From the NCBI GenBank assembly GCA_049570475.1, contig CP186953.1, positions 192,001 through 256,000 of the forward strand: a stretch of DNA of 64,000 bases, given 5' to 3'. Every line of letters starts with the position of its first letter. The stretch's first letter is position 1. A program made the position numbers and the translations under genes. This document shows positions 47,162 through 56,231 of this stretch, piece by piece. The notes under the pieces were generated by a model. It searched no databases. It saw only the letters and a program-made list of their open reading frames with translations, and was not told the DNA's origin. Origin of the DNA: Candidatus Methanosuratincola verstraetei (GTDB lineage Archaea; Thermoproteota; Methanomethylicia; Methanomethylicales; Methanomethylicaceae).

Positions 47162-48604
47162 CTATTCAGCCAGGATCCTATCCCGCCTGTAAACTGCATA
47201 GGTGAACGCTTGGGCCAGGTTCATGCCGTCGTAAGGCTCGAGCGCGCTGCGCATGTACATGTCCTCAAGGGGCAGTATCCTGAAGATCCCTCGCTCTGCC
47301 AGACCCTTGCAGAGGCGCTCCCTCACATCGTCCGATACACTAAGCCCCACCGACTGTACCCCGTCAATACCCCTGAAGGATTTCCTCTTTGGAAGGCCCT
47401 CTATCATCTCAAGAGCGTCCTCGTAATTCTCGACGACGATAATCTCTATGAATCTGCGCCTTGCGTGCAGCCCGAACTCAGGGAACGCCTGAATAGCATC
47501 GTCCAGGATGCTCCTTGACTTGGAGAGGGCAATAGTCCAAGATGGTGAAGAGGCCGACTTGAAGACCATTGAGCCCTTGAACTGGAGGGAACGGCGGACG
47601 GCCTCGATTATGTACGCATGGGATTCGGTCAGTTTGGGCGGCAATTTCTCGGTCAGCTCGTCGAGCCTTTTTCCTACGCGGTTGACAAATTCAACGGCCT
47701 CCGCCCACCCGCCTACAAAGACCCCTTCAGTCGGGGAGCTGCACAGCTGCTGGTCGTAGAGCAAGATGTTCTTGGCTAGCCCCAAAGCCGCAGATTCATC
47801 CGCACCCGCGGCGTCCACGATGGCATAGCCCGTCAGCGGCCCGTTTATTATGAGGGCCGGGTGGCTTGGGTTAGATGAGACGCGCCTGCTGATCTCTGTC
47901 CTAGCCGGCTCCCCTCCCCAGAAGTTGATGACGCCGATCTTCGACTTGCTCAGCAGGTATTCAAGCGAAGGGCTGTCGTGGGAGAAGTAGCTTATCGTCA
48001 GTGCCTCCCGCATCAACTCAGCCACATCCCCGCCCATCTCCTCGAGGAGCGAATATACCGCCTTCACGCCGGAGAAGTTTGCGAGAGATGGCCTGAGCAG
48101 AGTCATGTTGCCGGTCGCGAGCGAGATCGTCGTGGGTATCAGCGGCGGTATCAGCGAGTTGCCGGAGCTTATGATGAAGACGGGCCCGCGCGGCCTGAAC
48201 CAGCAGTACTCGTCATTGCCGACCTTTGTGAACCTATCGAGGCAAGAGATGCCGGGCGGGAAAGAAGCGTCAAGGTTCTGCTTTATGCTTAGGGCATTGA
48301 TGGCAGAATGCACGAGCGAGAACTCCAGGTCGATCATCCCAGGGCTGTACCCAGTGGAGTCGGAGAGTTCGCTCTTCAATGCATCCAGTTCCCCTTTTCG
48401 GTGCTTTTCCGCCCAAGCCTTACCAATCTTATCGATTACGATCAGTCGCTCCTCCAATGGTATAGAGCAGAGGCGGTTCTGCACTTCCGTTGCCTTGGAA
48501 AAGAGATCGGAGAGCCCGTCCTCGCTGATCTCTGCCACTACATGGTTGCCAACCTTCTTCTCTATGCATGCGTATGCCCGATTGGAGAGCGGGGTAAGGG
48601 CCAT
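47162..48604 (-). CDS. LuxC-like acyl-CoA/acyl-protein reductase
   Basis: PRGPVFIISSGN, FWGGE, YDQQLCSSP (catalytic Cys context of LuxC), C-terminal PYDG. Confidence 0.82.
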   Translation of the reverse strand: MALTPLSNRAYACIEKKVGNHVVAEISEDGLSDLFSKATEVQNRLCSIPLEERLIVIDKIGKAWAEKHRKGELDALKSELSDSTGYSPGMIDLEFSLVHSAINALSIKQNLDASFPPGISCLDRFTKVGNDEYCWFRPRGPVFIISSGNSLIPPLIPTTISLATGNMTLLRPSLANFSGVKAVYSLLEEMGGDVAELMREALTISYFSHDSPSLEYLLSKSKIGVINFWGGEPARTEISRRVSSNPSHPALIINGPLTGYAIVDAAGADESAALGLAKNILLYDQQLCSSPTEGVFVGGWAEAVEFVNRVGKRLDELTEKLPPKLTESHAYIIEAVRRSLQFKGSMVFKSASSPSWTIALSKSRSILDDAIQAFPEFGLHARRRFIEIIVVENYEDALEMIEGLPKRKSFRGIDGVQSVGLSVSDDVRERLCKGLAERGIFRILPLEDMYMRSALEPYDGMNLAQAFTYAVYRRDRILAE

Positions 48605-48614
48605 CGGCGATCCA

Positions 48615-49877
48615 CTATCCCTTTGTAGTCATCATCTCTTCCATGGTGCCGCCGCAGGCACGCTGGAGGTCCCAGCCCTCTTCCACGGTGAAGCGGCGTA
48701 TGTACTTGAACTCCCTTCCGTAGTAGCTCGTTGAGGGCATCGAAGACATCAGATCGCCAGGGTAGAAGGTCTCCAGCCAAGAAGTGACAAATGGATTGAA
48801 TATGCCCAGTATGCCCTCCTTGCCATCCTCCTCAATCACGTTGTATGTCTTGGGGTCTAGGAGGAACACATGGGAGAGCGGGTGTGGTATTTTGTTCAGG
48901 GATCCATGCCGATCGATGAGGGCTGTGAGGGTCTCAGTCATCCCTAGGACGTCCATAAAAGGCGTGGGGGTCTCGGCACCTGAGGGATCCTTCGCAGTGA
49001 AGTATTTCCTCGATATTGACACGATATCGTCGTAAGGTGGCAGGGCATAGCCTTTCGATCCGCCCCCTGTGACGATGACCCCACCTCTGCCAAGCTCTAT
49101 CGGAGGGGTGCCGGTGACAAGCTTGTAGACTATCCGCTTGAGGATATTCATCTTTTCGAAATTCTGAGAGAGCAAGTAGATTCCGGCTGGTGCAGTGAAG
49201 AGGAGCTTGGGCTCCGCCTTGCTCTTCATGAATTTCAATATGCGTTCCTTGTTTGGCACTAACTTCTGCCATTGCGTCCCAGAAGCCTCTCCCTGAATCA
49301 AATCCATGCCATAAAGCAGCTCGATGTTCTTGTACTCCAGGGTCAGTTGCACAAATGCCACGAAGCTAAGCTTGTGCCTAAGCTCTGGGGCAGCCAAGAA
49401 GAGGGCGATCCCTTTCCCTTCCTCCAGCTTGTTGCCATAAACATGCTCAAAGAGGTATGTATTGGCCTTGATCATTATTGCGAGATCGAGCGGGCTTCGG
49501 TAGATCTTGACGGGATCCTTCCCGGTCGTGCCGCTAGAGGTGAAGTACTCGCCGCCCTGCTCAACATCATCTATGAGAAACTGCCTGTGACCGTCACCCC
49601 TCAGCATGTCAGAGGGGATGGCAAGCTTTGCCAGGTCCGGAAAATCAGCATTCTTAGGGTCGATGCCTAGCCTCTCGAAGAGCCGCGAGTAATATGTGCT
49701 GTGCCTCTTGAAAAAGTCAAGGGACTCCCTCAGCATCTCTCTCCTCAAGGAAAGCAAGAAGTCAGGAGACTTCCTGAAAAGGGTCGTATCCCCAATCAAT
49801 CTCCAGACTTTTTCCACAAAAGGATCCTTGAGGAGGCGGCTCTCGGAGGCCCTCTTGAAGATCTCTGATGAGCTCAT
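48615..49877 (-). CDS. LuxE-like acyl-protein synthetase (adenylate-forming)
   Basis: FTSSGTTG, TGGGSKG, DVLGMTE, PGD, C-terminal RACG acyl-accepting Cys. Confidence 0.8.
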   Translation of the reverse strand: MSSSEIFKRASESRLLKDPFVEKVWRLIGDTTLFRKSPDFLLSLRREMLRESLDFFKRHSTYYSRLFERLGIDPKNADFPDLAKLAIPSDMLRGDGHRQFLIDDVEQGGEYFTSSGTTGKDPVKIYRSPLDLAIMIKANTYLFEHVYGNKLEEGKGIALFLAAPELRHKLSFVAFVQLTLEYKNIELLYGMDLIQGEASGTQWQKLVPNKERILKFMKSKAEPKLLFTAPAGIYLLSQNFEKMNILKRIVYKLVTGTPPIELGRGGVIVTGGGSKGYALPPYDDIVSISRKYFTAKDPSGAETPTPFMDVLGMTETLTALIDRHGSLNKIPHPLSHVFLLDPKTYNVIEEDGKEGILGIFNPFVTSWLETFYPGDLMSSMPSTSYYGREFKYIRRFTVEEGWDLQRACGGTMEEMMTTKG

Positions 49878-50012
49878 CGGTTACACCCGAACTTGTAAAG
49901 TGATATGATCAGGGGGTTTAAAAAAGTGAGCCCGCGGCGGCAGATGCTTATCTGAAAATCGAGGAAAAAATCGGATTGGATCTAGAAATAAAAAAATCAG
50001 ATTGGAATATGG

Positions 50013-50273
50013 CTAAAGGACACCGGCTTCCCTGATTGCGTTCTTCAAGGTGTTCTTTGTCGGGCAAACGCCTATTATCCGGATGTCCCTGTCTATAACT
50101 ATAGCAGGGCTTACTTTGAGACCGTATTCCTTGGCTTTCTCGGTGAGCCCCTTGTGGACCTCGACATCGATCTTGTCTCCGTACTCCTGCTTGATCTCTT
50201 CCATCAGCTTGAGGACTAGCCTGCCCCCTGAGCAGGGCGGCTGGGACGCGAATACCTCGATCTTAAGCGCCAC
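50013..50273 (-). CDS. Thioredoxin-fold protein with CxxG motif
   Basis: PPCSGG, VSPAIVID, IIGVCP. Confidence 0.75.
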   Translation of the reverse strand: MALKIEVFASQPPCSGGRLVLKLMEEIKQEYGDKIDVEVHKGLTEKAKEYGLKVSPAIVIDRDIRIIGVCPTKNTLKNAIREAGVL

Positions 50274-50275
50274 GT

Positions 50276-50533
50276 CTACACCCCCATCTCTTTCAGCGAA
50301 GCGATCAATGTTTCCATATCAGGGCAAACCCCCATCAGCATTATCCGCCCCCCTTCAAAGACCACCGCAGGAACCACTGTAAGCCCGTATTCATCGAATT
50401 CCTTGCACGGCCCCACGTGCTTTATGATCTCAACGCGATCCCCGTATTTCTCGGCAAGCTCGTCAGCCAGCCTTAGGAGCTCAACGCAGCCTGCGCAAGG
50501 AGGCTCTGCTGTGAAGAACTCAACTTTCACCAT
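50276..50533 (-). CDS. Thioredoxin-fold protein (CAGC)
   Basis: PPCAGC, VVPAVV, LMGVCP. Confidence 0.82.
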   Translation of the reverse strand: MVKVEFFTAEPPCAGCVELLRLADELAEKYGDRVEIIKHVGPCKEFDEYGLTVVPAVVFEGGRIMLMGVCPDMETLIASLKEMGV

Positions 50534-50610
50534 TATCGAAAACCTCACATTCATTTTTTGAATTGATAAATATATAATTTTCCAAATGCAAGGCTGAACG
50601 TGTGCAGAAA

Positions 50611-50949
50611 TCACATGGCTCTTTCAGACTGTGAAAAAGTCTTTGCGAGGTCCGAGATCGATCTCATCGCTATCCTGTCGACCTCTTCGAGTATCCTGAA
50701 GACGCCTTCTCCGGACACCCAGTATATCGTCTTCTTCCCCTCGGTCCGCCGCCCCAATATGCCTGACCTGTACAGCATGTCCAAGTCCTTTGATATAGTG
50801 GATTGGGATCTCCTCAACAGAGGGATTAGTTCGCACACGCACCGCTCCCCATCCTTGAGTGCATAGATTATCTTAAGCCTCACAGGGTCGCAAAGTGCCT
50901 TGAGTACGCTCGCCCTCAACTCGTTTATACGGTCATTCGGAAGCTCCAT
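50611..50949 (-). CDS. ArsR/SmtB family transcriptional regulator
   Basis: KALCDPVRLKII, ERCVCEL, SQSTISKDL. Confidence 0.92.
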   Translation of the reverse strand: MELPNDRINELRASVLKALCDPVRLKIIYALKDGERCVCELIPLLRRSQSTISKDLDMLYRSGILGRRTEGKKTIYWVSGEGVFRILEEVDRIAMRSISDLAKTFSQSERAM

Positions 50950-50972
50950 GAGAGCATCTCATTTGATCAATC

Positions 50973-50986
50973 GATATAAACATATC
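50973..50986. promoter_or_regulatory. Candidate ArsR operator GATAT-AAAC-ATATC
   Basis: Inverted repeat overlapping a TATA-like element about 25 bp upstream of arsR. Confidence 0.4.
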
Positions 50987-51130
50987 TACAAATTCAGATA
51001 TTAATCGGAATCAGAAGTCAGGCTAACAAGGTGCCCTACAAAGCAGATGGAATTCAACCAGTCATCTGACGGGGATGGAATAAAGAGATTAAAGAGAGGG
51101 TCGGTTTAAACTGATATTAGCATACCGCAA

Positions 51131-52105
51131 ATGGCGGGATTGAGCATGATAATTCAGACATTCGGGATAACCAAGAGGTACAAGAACATCACCGCCGTGA
51201 ACCACATAGATCTCTCCATCGAGGAGGGGAAGATCTTTGGCCTCCTTGGGCCTAACGGGGCAGGGAAGACCACATTGCTATCCATGCTAGCCACCCTGAT
51301 CCCGCCGACTGAGGGGACCGCAAAAGTCAATGGCTATGACATCAGGAAGGAGCCCGGAAAGGTACGGGCATCAATAGGCATGGTATTCCAGACTCCCAGT
51401 TCGGATGAGATCCTGACAGGGAGGGAGAACCTGTACCTGCACGCCCTGTTGTACGGAGTGCCCAAGGAGGAGAGGGAGAAGAGGATAGAGGATGTTCTGG
51501 AACTTGTAGACCTGGCAGACAGGGCGAATGACCTTGTCAAGACTTACTCAGGCGGAATGAGGAGGAGGCTTGAGCTCGCGAGGGGGCTTCTCCACAGGCC
51601 CAAAATCCTCTTCCTTGACGAGCCAACACTAGGCCTGGATCCGCAAACGAGGCAGCACATCTGGGACTACATAAAGAGGCTCTCCAAAGAGCAAGGCGTG
51701 ACGATCATTATCACGACGCATTATATGGAGGAGGCGGACTCCCTCTGCGACCGCGTGGCGATAATAGACCATGGGGAGATCAAAGCGCTCGACTCACCAT
51801 CGATGCTTAAAATGAAAGTGGGGAAAAGCATGATTAAGGCAAGGGTCGAGAGCCCGAATCTTGATTACATTAGGGGGCTGCCATATGTGATAAAGGCAGA
51901 GGCGAAGGATGGGACTGTGACAATAATCCTGAGCGAGGCTGGCGCGCACATACAGGAGATCCTGTGCAACCTGGGGAACGTCTCTTTTGTGGAGCTCAGG
52001 GAGCCGACGCTGAACGATGTCTTCCTTCAGATAACCGGGAAGGAGATGAGGGTAGAGTCTGCGGAAGGATGGGCAGAGGTGTATGCGAGGGCTGGTTCAA
52101 GATGA
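51131..52105 (+). CDS. ABC exporter ATPase (DrrA-like)
   Basis: GPNGAGKTT, YSGGMRRRLE, DEPTLGLD, TTHYMEEA, PTLNDVF. Confidence 0.93.
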   Translation: MAGLSMIIQTFGITKRYKNITAVNHIDLSIEEGKIFGLLGPNGAGKTTLLSMLATLIPPTEGTAKVNGYDIRKEPGKVRASIGMVFQTPSSDEILTGRENLYLHALLYGVPKEEREKRIEDVLELVDLADRANDLVKTYSGGMRRRLELARGLLHRPKILFLDEPTLGLDPQTRQHIWDYIKRLSKEQGVTIIITTHYMEEADSLCDRVAIIDHGEIKALDSPSMLKMKVGKSMIKARVESPNLDYIRGLPYVIKAEAKDGTVTIILSEAGAHIQEILCNLGNVSFVELREPTLNDVFLQITGKEMRVESAEGWAEVYARAGSR

Positions 52106-52848
52106 GTGATCTTTGGGGAATTTACGCGCTCTGGTACCGAGAGGTGAAGGTCTTCCTGAGGGAGAAGTCACGCCTCGTCTCCTCGACTGTGAACCCTCTG
52201 ATCTGGTTGGTGGCCTTCGGCGGCGGCCTTGGCGCATCAATATCCATCGGCGGGGCTGGATACCAGGCATTCATATTCCCTGGGGTGTTGATGCTTGTGG
52301 TCCTCTTCACGACAATCTTCTTCGGGCTCTACGTGGTCTGGGACAAGAAAATCGACTTCTTCAAGGAGGTCCTGGTCTCGCCGCTGAAAAGGACTTCAAT
52401 ATTCGTGGGCAAGATGCTGGGGGGGTGCACGGACGGTTTGATTCAGAGCGGCATCATAATCCTCTTCGGGCCCCTGTTCGGAATAAACTACACCGCCTAT
52501 TCATTGGGGTTGGTGATACTCTTCGTGCTGCTCCTTGCGATGGGGACAACCAGCCTCGGCCTTGCGATAGGCTCTCAGATGACAAGTTTTGAGGGGTTTG
52601 GGCTGGTCCAGTCATTCGTGATCCTGCCACTCTTCTTCCTGAGCGGCGCTCTTTACCCTATAGACAACCTCCCTGCATGGCTAAGCTGGATAACGTACGC
52701 CAATCCGCTCACATACATAGTCGATGGCATGAGGGGTGCGCTTCTCGGTGAGAGCAGTTTCCCGATAGTCCTCGACCTCGGGGTGGCTGCAGCCTACGTT
52801 GCAGTGCTTGTGGCGATCGGCACCTTTGCATTCAAGAAGATGACCTGA
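52102..52848 (+). CDS. ABC-2 type permease (DrrB-like)
   Basis: FIFPG, KEVLVSP, FLSGALYP, NPLTYIVDGMR; ATG overlaps ATPase stop. Confidence 0.92.
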   Translation: MSDLWGIYALWYREVKVFLREKSRLVSSTVNPLIWLVAFGGGLGASISIGGAGYQAFIFPGVLMLVVLFTTIFFGLYVVWDKKIDFFKEVLVSPLKRTSIFVGKMLGGCTDGLIQSGIIILFGPLFGINYTAYSLGLVILFVLLLAMGTTSLGLAIGSQMTSFEGFGLVQSFVILPLFFLSGALYPIDNLPAWLSWITYANPLTYIVDGMRGALLGESSFPIVLDLGVAAAYVAVLVAIGTFAFKKMT

Positions 52849-52897
52849 TCTGGCTTAAGCTGCCCGCCACCAGAAGGGAGGGGCGCCCCCTCCAATT

Positions 52898-54286
52898 TTA
52901 ATGGTCATGGTCATGAATATGAATATTCGAAGCAGCCCTCTGTACGACTTCTGATAGGGCAGGGTGTATATGGACCGCATCAAGTATGCTGAATGCATCA
53001 CCCTTCCCGCTCTTCATCGCCACAATGACCTCGTGTATCATGGTAGCGGCGTCAGTTCCGATTATGTGGCACCCAAGTATCTTTAAGGTCTTCTTATCAT
53101 AGAGGAACTTCACAAACCCGTCATGGTCCTCTATCGCCTTCCCCATCCCAGAGTCTATATACCTCCACTTTGCGGCAACGTACTCCACGCCTTTGGATCG
53201 GAGCTCCTGCTCAGTGCTCCCGACGGAGGCTATCTGCGGCGATGTGAATATGGCATGGGGCATTGCGGTGTAATCGACTGGGAGCTTCTCCTCCGGGAAG
53301 AGCATGTTTTGGAGGGCATATTCGGCTTCGAGATTGGCTGCATGTTTGAACTGGTACTTCCCGATTATGTCCCCAAGCGCGTATATGCCAGGCACATTCG
53401 TCTCGAGGTATTCGTTGACTTTTATGTACCCTCGCGGATCGACTAGGACCCCGGTCTTTTCGAGGTCGAGGAGATCAGAGTTCGGAATCCTCCCAGCAGC
53501 GACGAGCAGCTGATCTGAGCTGACAGTCACAATCGAAGAGGTCTTCAGATCCTTGACTGCGATCTCATATGTGCCGCCCTCACGCCTCACTGAGACGGGC
53601 TCTGATGATGTGAATACCCTGAATTTTTTGGACGCTATGCCAGTGAATGCACGAGCGACCTCTTCATCCTCGCTGTTGATCAGAAGCTCTTTCCTGTGGA
53701 TTATGTAGACCTCCGTGCCCAAGGATCCGAAGAAATGTGCCAGTTCAGCGGCTATGTACCCGCCGCCTATGATCGCGAGGGTTTTCGGCTGCTCCCTGAG
53801 GCGCAGGGCATCATCGCTGGTGATGAACCCGGATTCCCTTAGCCCCTCGATCTCTGGGATCTTGGGCCTGGCCCCTGCCGCTATGAGGATCTTCTCTGCG
53901 GTTATCTCCTCCCCATTAACCTCAATTATTTTTCGTCCCGTGAATTTGCCTAGCCCCTTGAACAGGACTGGATTCTCGGAGGACATCAGGGCATTCTCAA
54001 TGGACTTTGACTCAGAGTCGACATCGGAAGTGACCCTATCCACGATGGCAGTGTAGTCGACTTCGTATCCCTTCACTTTTATCCCGAATCTGCCAGCGCC
54101 CCTTATTTCCTCGACTAGGTCTGCGCTGTGGATGAGCATCTTTGAGGGTATGCACCCGCGGTTGAGGCAGGTTCCGCCCAATGGACCCTTCTCGACTATT
54201 GCCACCCTGAGGCCCCTGTTGGCTGCGGCTACCGCCACGTCGAGCCCAGATCCGCTGCCTATCACGATGAGGTCGAAGTCTCTCAA
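52898..54286 (-). CDS. Class I pyridine nucleotide-disulfide oxidoreductase (Lpd/mycothione-reductase-like)
   Basis: GGTCLNRGCIPSK, GGGYIAAE, HIHPALSE; His-rich tail. Confidence 0.88.
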   Translation of the reverse strand: MRDFDLIVIGSGSGLDVAVAAANRGLRVAIVEKGPLGGTCLNRGCIPSKMLIHSADLVEEIRGAGRFGIKVKGYEVDYTAIVDRVTSDVDSESKSIENALMSSENPVLFKGLGKFTGRKIIEVNGEEITAEKILIAAGARPKIPEIEGLRESGFITSDDALRLREQPKTLAIIGGGYIAAELAHFFGSLGTEVYIIHRKELLINSEDEEVARAFTGIASKKFRVFTSSEPVSVRREGGTYEIAVKDLKTSSIVTVSSDQLLVAAGRIPNSDLLDLEKTGVLVDPRGYIKVNEYLETNVPGIYALGDIIGKYQFKHAANLEAEYALQNMLFPEEKLPVDYTAMPHAIFTSPQIASVGSTEQELRSKGVEYVAAKWRYIDSGMGKAIEDHDGFVKFLYDKKTLKILGCHIIGTDAATMIHEVIVAMKSGKGDAFSILDAVHIHPALSEVVQRAASNIHIHDHDH

Positions 54287-54307
54287 ATTAATCGCCTTCG
54301 GGAGCCA

Positions 54308-54646
54308 TCATTCCGGCAACTCAACCATAATCGAGCCTTCCTCGACCTTCACTTTGTAGGAGTTCAAGTCGGAGGTCTTCAATTTGATTGGCCCAAACTT
54401 AGGACCAGACAAGGCTTTTCCAGAAGAAAGGTCGAATTTTGAACCGTGAACGGGGCAGGTAACGGTTGTGCCGTCGATAACTCCCTTTGAGAGGTCCCCC
54501 TTCCTGTGCGAACACCTGTTGTCAATTGCATAGAGATTCCCGTTGATGTTAGCCACAAGAATTTCCCTTCCAGAAATTGTGAAAGCCTTCATTGCGTTCG
54601 GAGGCACCTCTGAGAGGCTTGCAACCCTATAGAATGTCATATCCAT
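54308..54646 (-). CDS. Rieske [2Fe-2S] ferredoxin
   Basis: CSH...CPVHGSKFD. Confidence 0.92.
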   Translation of the reverse strand: MDMTFYRVASLSEVPPNAMKAFTISGREILVANINGNLYAIDNRCSHRKGDLSKGVIDGTTVTCPVHGSKFDLSSGKALSGPKFGPIKLKTSDLNSYKVKVEEGSIMVELPE

Positions 54647-54703
54647 CGATAGATATGATTGTCAAATACATTAATAAATTAAGTTGTAAAATAAAACCAA
54701 AAT

Positions 54704-55636
54704 GTGGGGAACGCAATGGAGATTTACGATGTGGTCATAATCGGGGGCGGGCCAGCTGGGGTTAGCGCCGCCATCTATGCCAAGAGGAAGCTCCTCCGCA
54801 CCGCATTGATCACCAAGGAGATCGGAGGGCAAGTCCTACTAACTAGCAATATCGAGAATTACCCTGGGTTCGTGGAGAGGTCTGGAATGAAGCTTGCTGA
54901 GTACTTCGAGCAGCAGCTGAAGGAGGTCGAGGTCGAGATCTTTGAAGACACGGTGAGAGAGGTACGCATTGAAGGCAAGATGTTCAAGGCAATCTGCGAG
55001 GAGGGGCGCGAGTTCTACTGCAAGAGCGTAATAGCCACAGGAGGTGGATCGCACAAGAAATTGAATGTGCCAGGCGAGGAGGAGTTCTTTGGGAGGGGGG
55101 TGTATGTCTGCGCTACGTGCGACGCCCCTCTCACCAAGAACAAGATCGTTGCGGTGGTGGGAGGTGGAAACGCGGCCTTCCAGAGCGCAGATCTCCTGGC
55201 AAGGTATGCAGCCAAAGTTTACTTGATCCACCGGAGGGGGGAATTCAGAGCAGACGGCATCTTGGTTAACAGGGTAAAGGGGCACGCCAACGTTGAGATG
55301 ATCACCAATGCGGTAATCAGGGAGATCAGGGGGAAGGACAGGGTAGAGAGCGTGCTTCTGGAGAACTTGGAAAGCCGGCAACTCTTTGATTTGCCCGTCC
55401 AGAAAGTCTTCATTGAAATAGGGAAGGAAGTCAAGGTTGATTATCTGAAGGGGCTCGTCCAGACGAACGAGTATGGCCAGGTAATCGTGGACAGGCTTCA
55501 GCGGACTAGTCGGGAGGGCATATTCGCAGCAGGTGAGATAACGGATCTCCCCTATGGACAAGCCATAATTTCGGCAGGGCAGGGCGCGGTCGCAGCGCTC
55601 GCAGCTTTCGATTACATCTCAGAGAAGAAATACTGA
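54704..55636 (+). CDS. trxB: NADPH-dependent thioredoxin reductase
   Basis: GGGPAG, IENYPG, CATCDAP, GGGNAA, HRRGEFR. Confidence 0.92.
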   Translation: MGNAMEIYDVVIIGGGPAGVSAAIYAKRKLLRTALITKEIGGQVLLTSNIENYPGFVERSGMKLAEYFEQQLKEVEVEIFEDTVREVRIEGKMFKAICEEGREFYCKSVIATGGGSHKKLNVPGEEEFFGRGVYVCATCDAPLTKNKIVAVVGGGNAAFQSADLLARYAAKVYLIHRRGEFRADGILVNRVKGHANVEMITNAVIREIRGKDRVESVLLENLESRQLFDLPVQKVFIEIGKEVKVDYLKGLVQTNEYGQVIVDRLQRTSREGIFAAGEITDLPYGQAIISAGQGAVAALAAFDYISEKKY

Positions 55637-55641
55637 CAATT

Positions 55642-56148
55642 TCAACCTTCCCCATCCAGCCTAGCAAGCTCGGCCGCGAGATCGACCGCCTTCTCCGGGT
55701 CCTCCTCAAAGCGCAGGCGCACCATTTTCCGGTGGTCGAGGAACCCGTCTGGGAAGAGCTCCACGAGACGGTCAGCGATCATCCCGGTGCCCTTCAGGAC
55801 CACGACCGGCTTTTTCATGTTGTAAGCCATCGCAACCTCGGCGAGGGAGCCGACCCCTCCAGCCACGAGGATAATGGCATCGCTGCTCCTTACTACAATT
55901 GAGCTTCTTGAAGTGAAGGACTGCCCCGAGCGTATCACCACCCGATTGTATGGGTTATTCCAGGGGTGGGAACCGGCGATCCCCTCCATCTCCACAGCCA
56001 TTATGCCCACGGTCATGCCCCCTTCCTTGAATGCGGCCTCAGAGACCACTCTCATCAGCCCCCCATCCCCTCCCGTGATCAGCACGTGCCCTCTCCTCGC
56101 TATCGCCTTCCCGAGGGCCTTTGCCTTTGCCTCTACCTCATGAGTCAC
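55642..56148 (-). CDS. LOG/TIGR00725 (SLOG) family protein; N-terminus uncertain
   Basis: TGGDGGLM, GGVGSLAE, KPVVVL; frame stays open upstream to about 56184 without a canonical start. Confidence 0.85.
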   Translation of the reverse strand: MTHEVEAKAKALGKAIARRGHVLITGGDGGLMRVVSEAAFKEGGMTVGIMAVEMEGIAGSHPWNNPYNRVVIRSGQSFTSRSSIVVRSSDAIILVAGGVGSLAEVAMAYNMKKPVVVLKGTGMIADRLVELFPDGFLDHRKMVRLRFEEDPEKAVDLAAELARLDGEG

Positions 56149-56231
56149 CGGGTCGTATGTCGTGATTACGCCGTAATCAACAGTTTAGAAATAGATGGGC
56201 TTGTATAATTTTAGGATGGACATTAATTATT

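Noticed and set aside
46146-49877. Bioluminescence operon
   Set aside because: No luxA/luxB/luxD/luxG in the window, and luciferase needs O2 while the host appears anaerobic
52898-54286. Mercuric reductase MerA
   Set aside because: No C-terminal Cys-Cys pair; has an HPxxxE catalytic dyad instead
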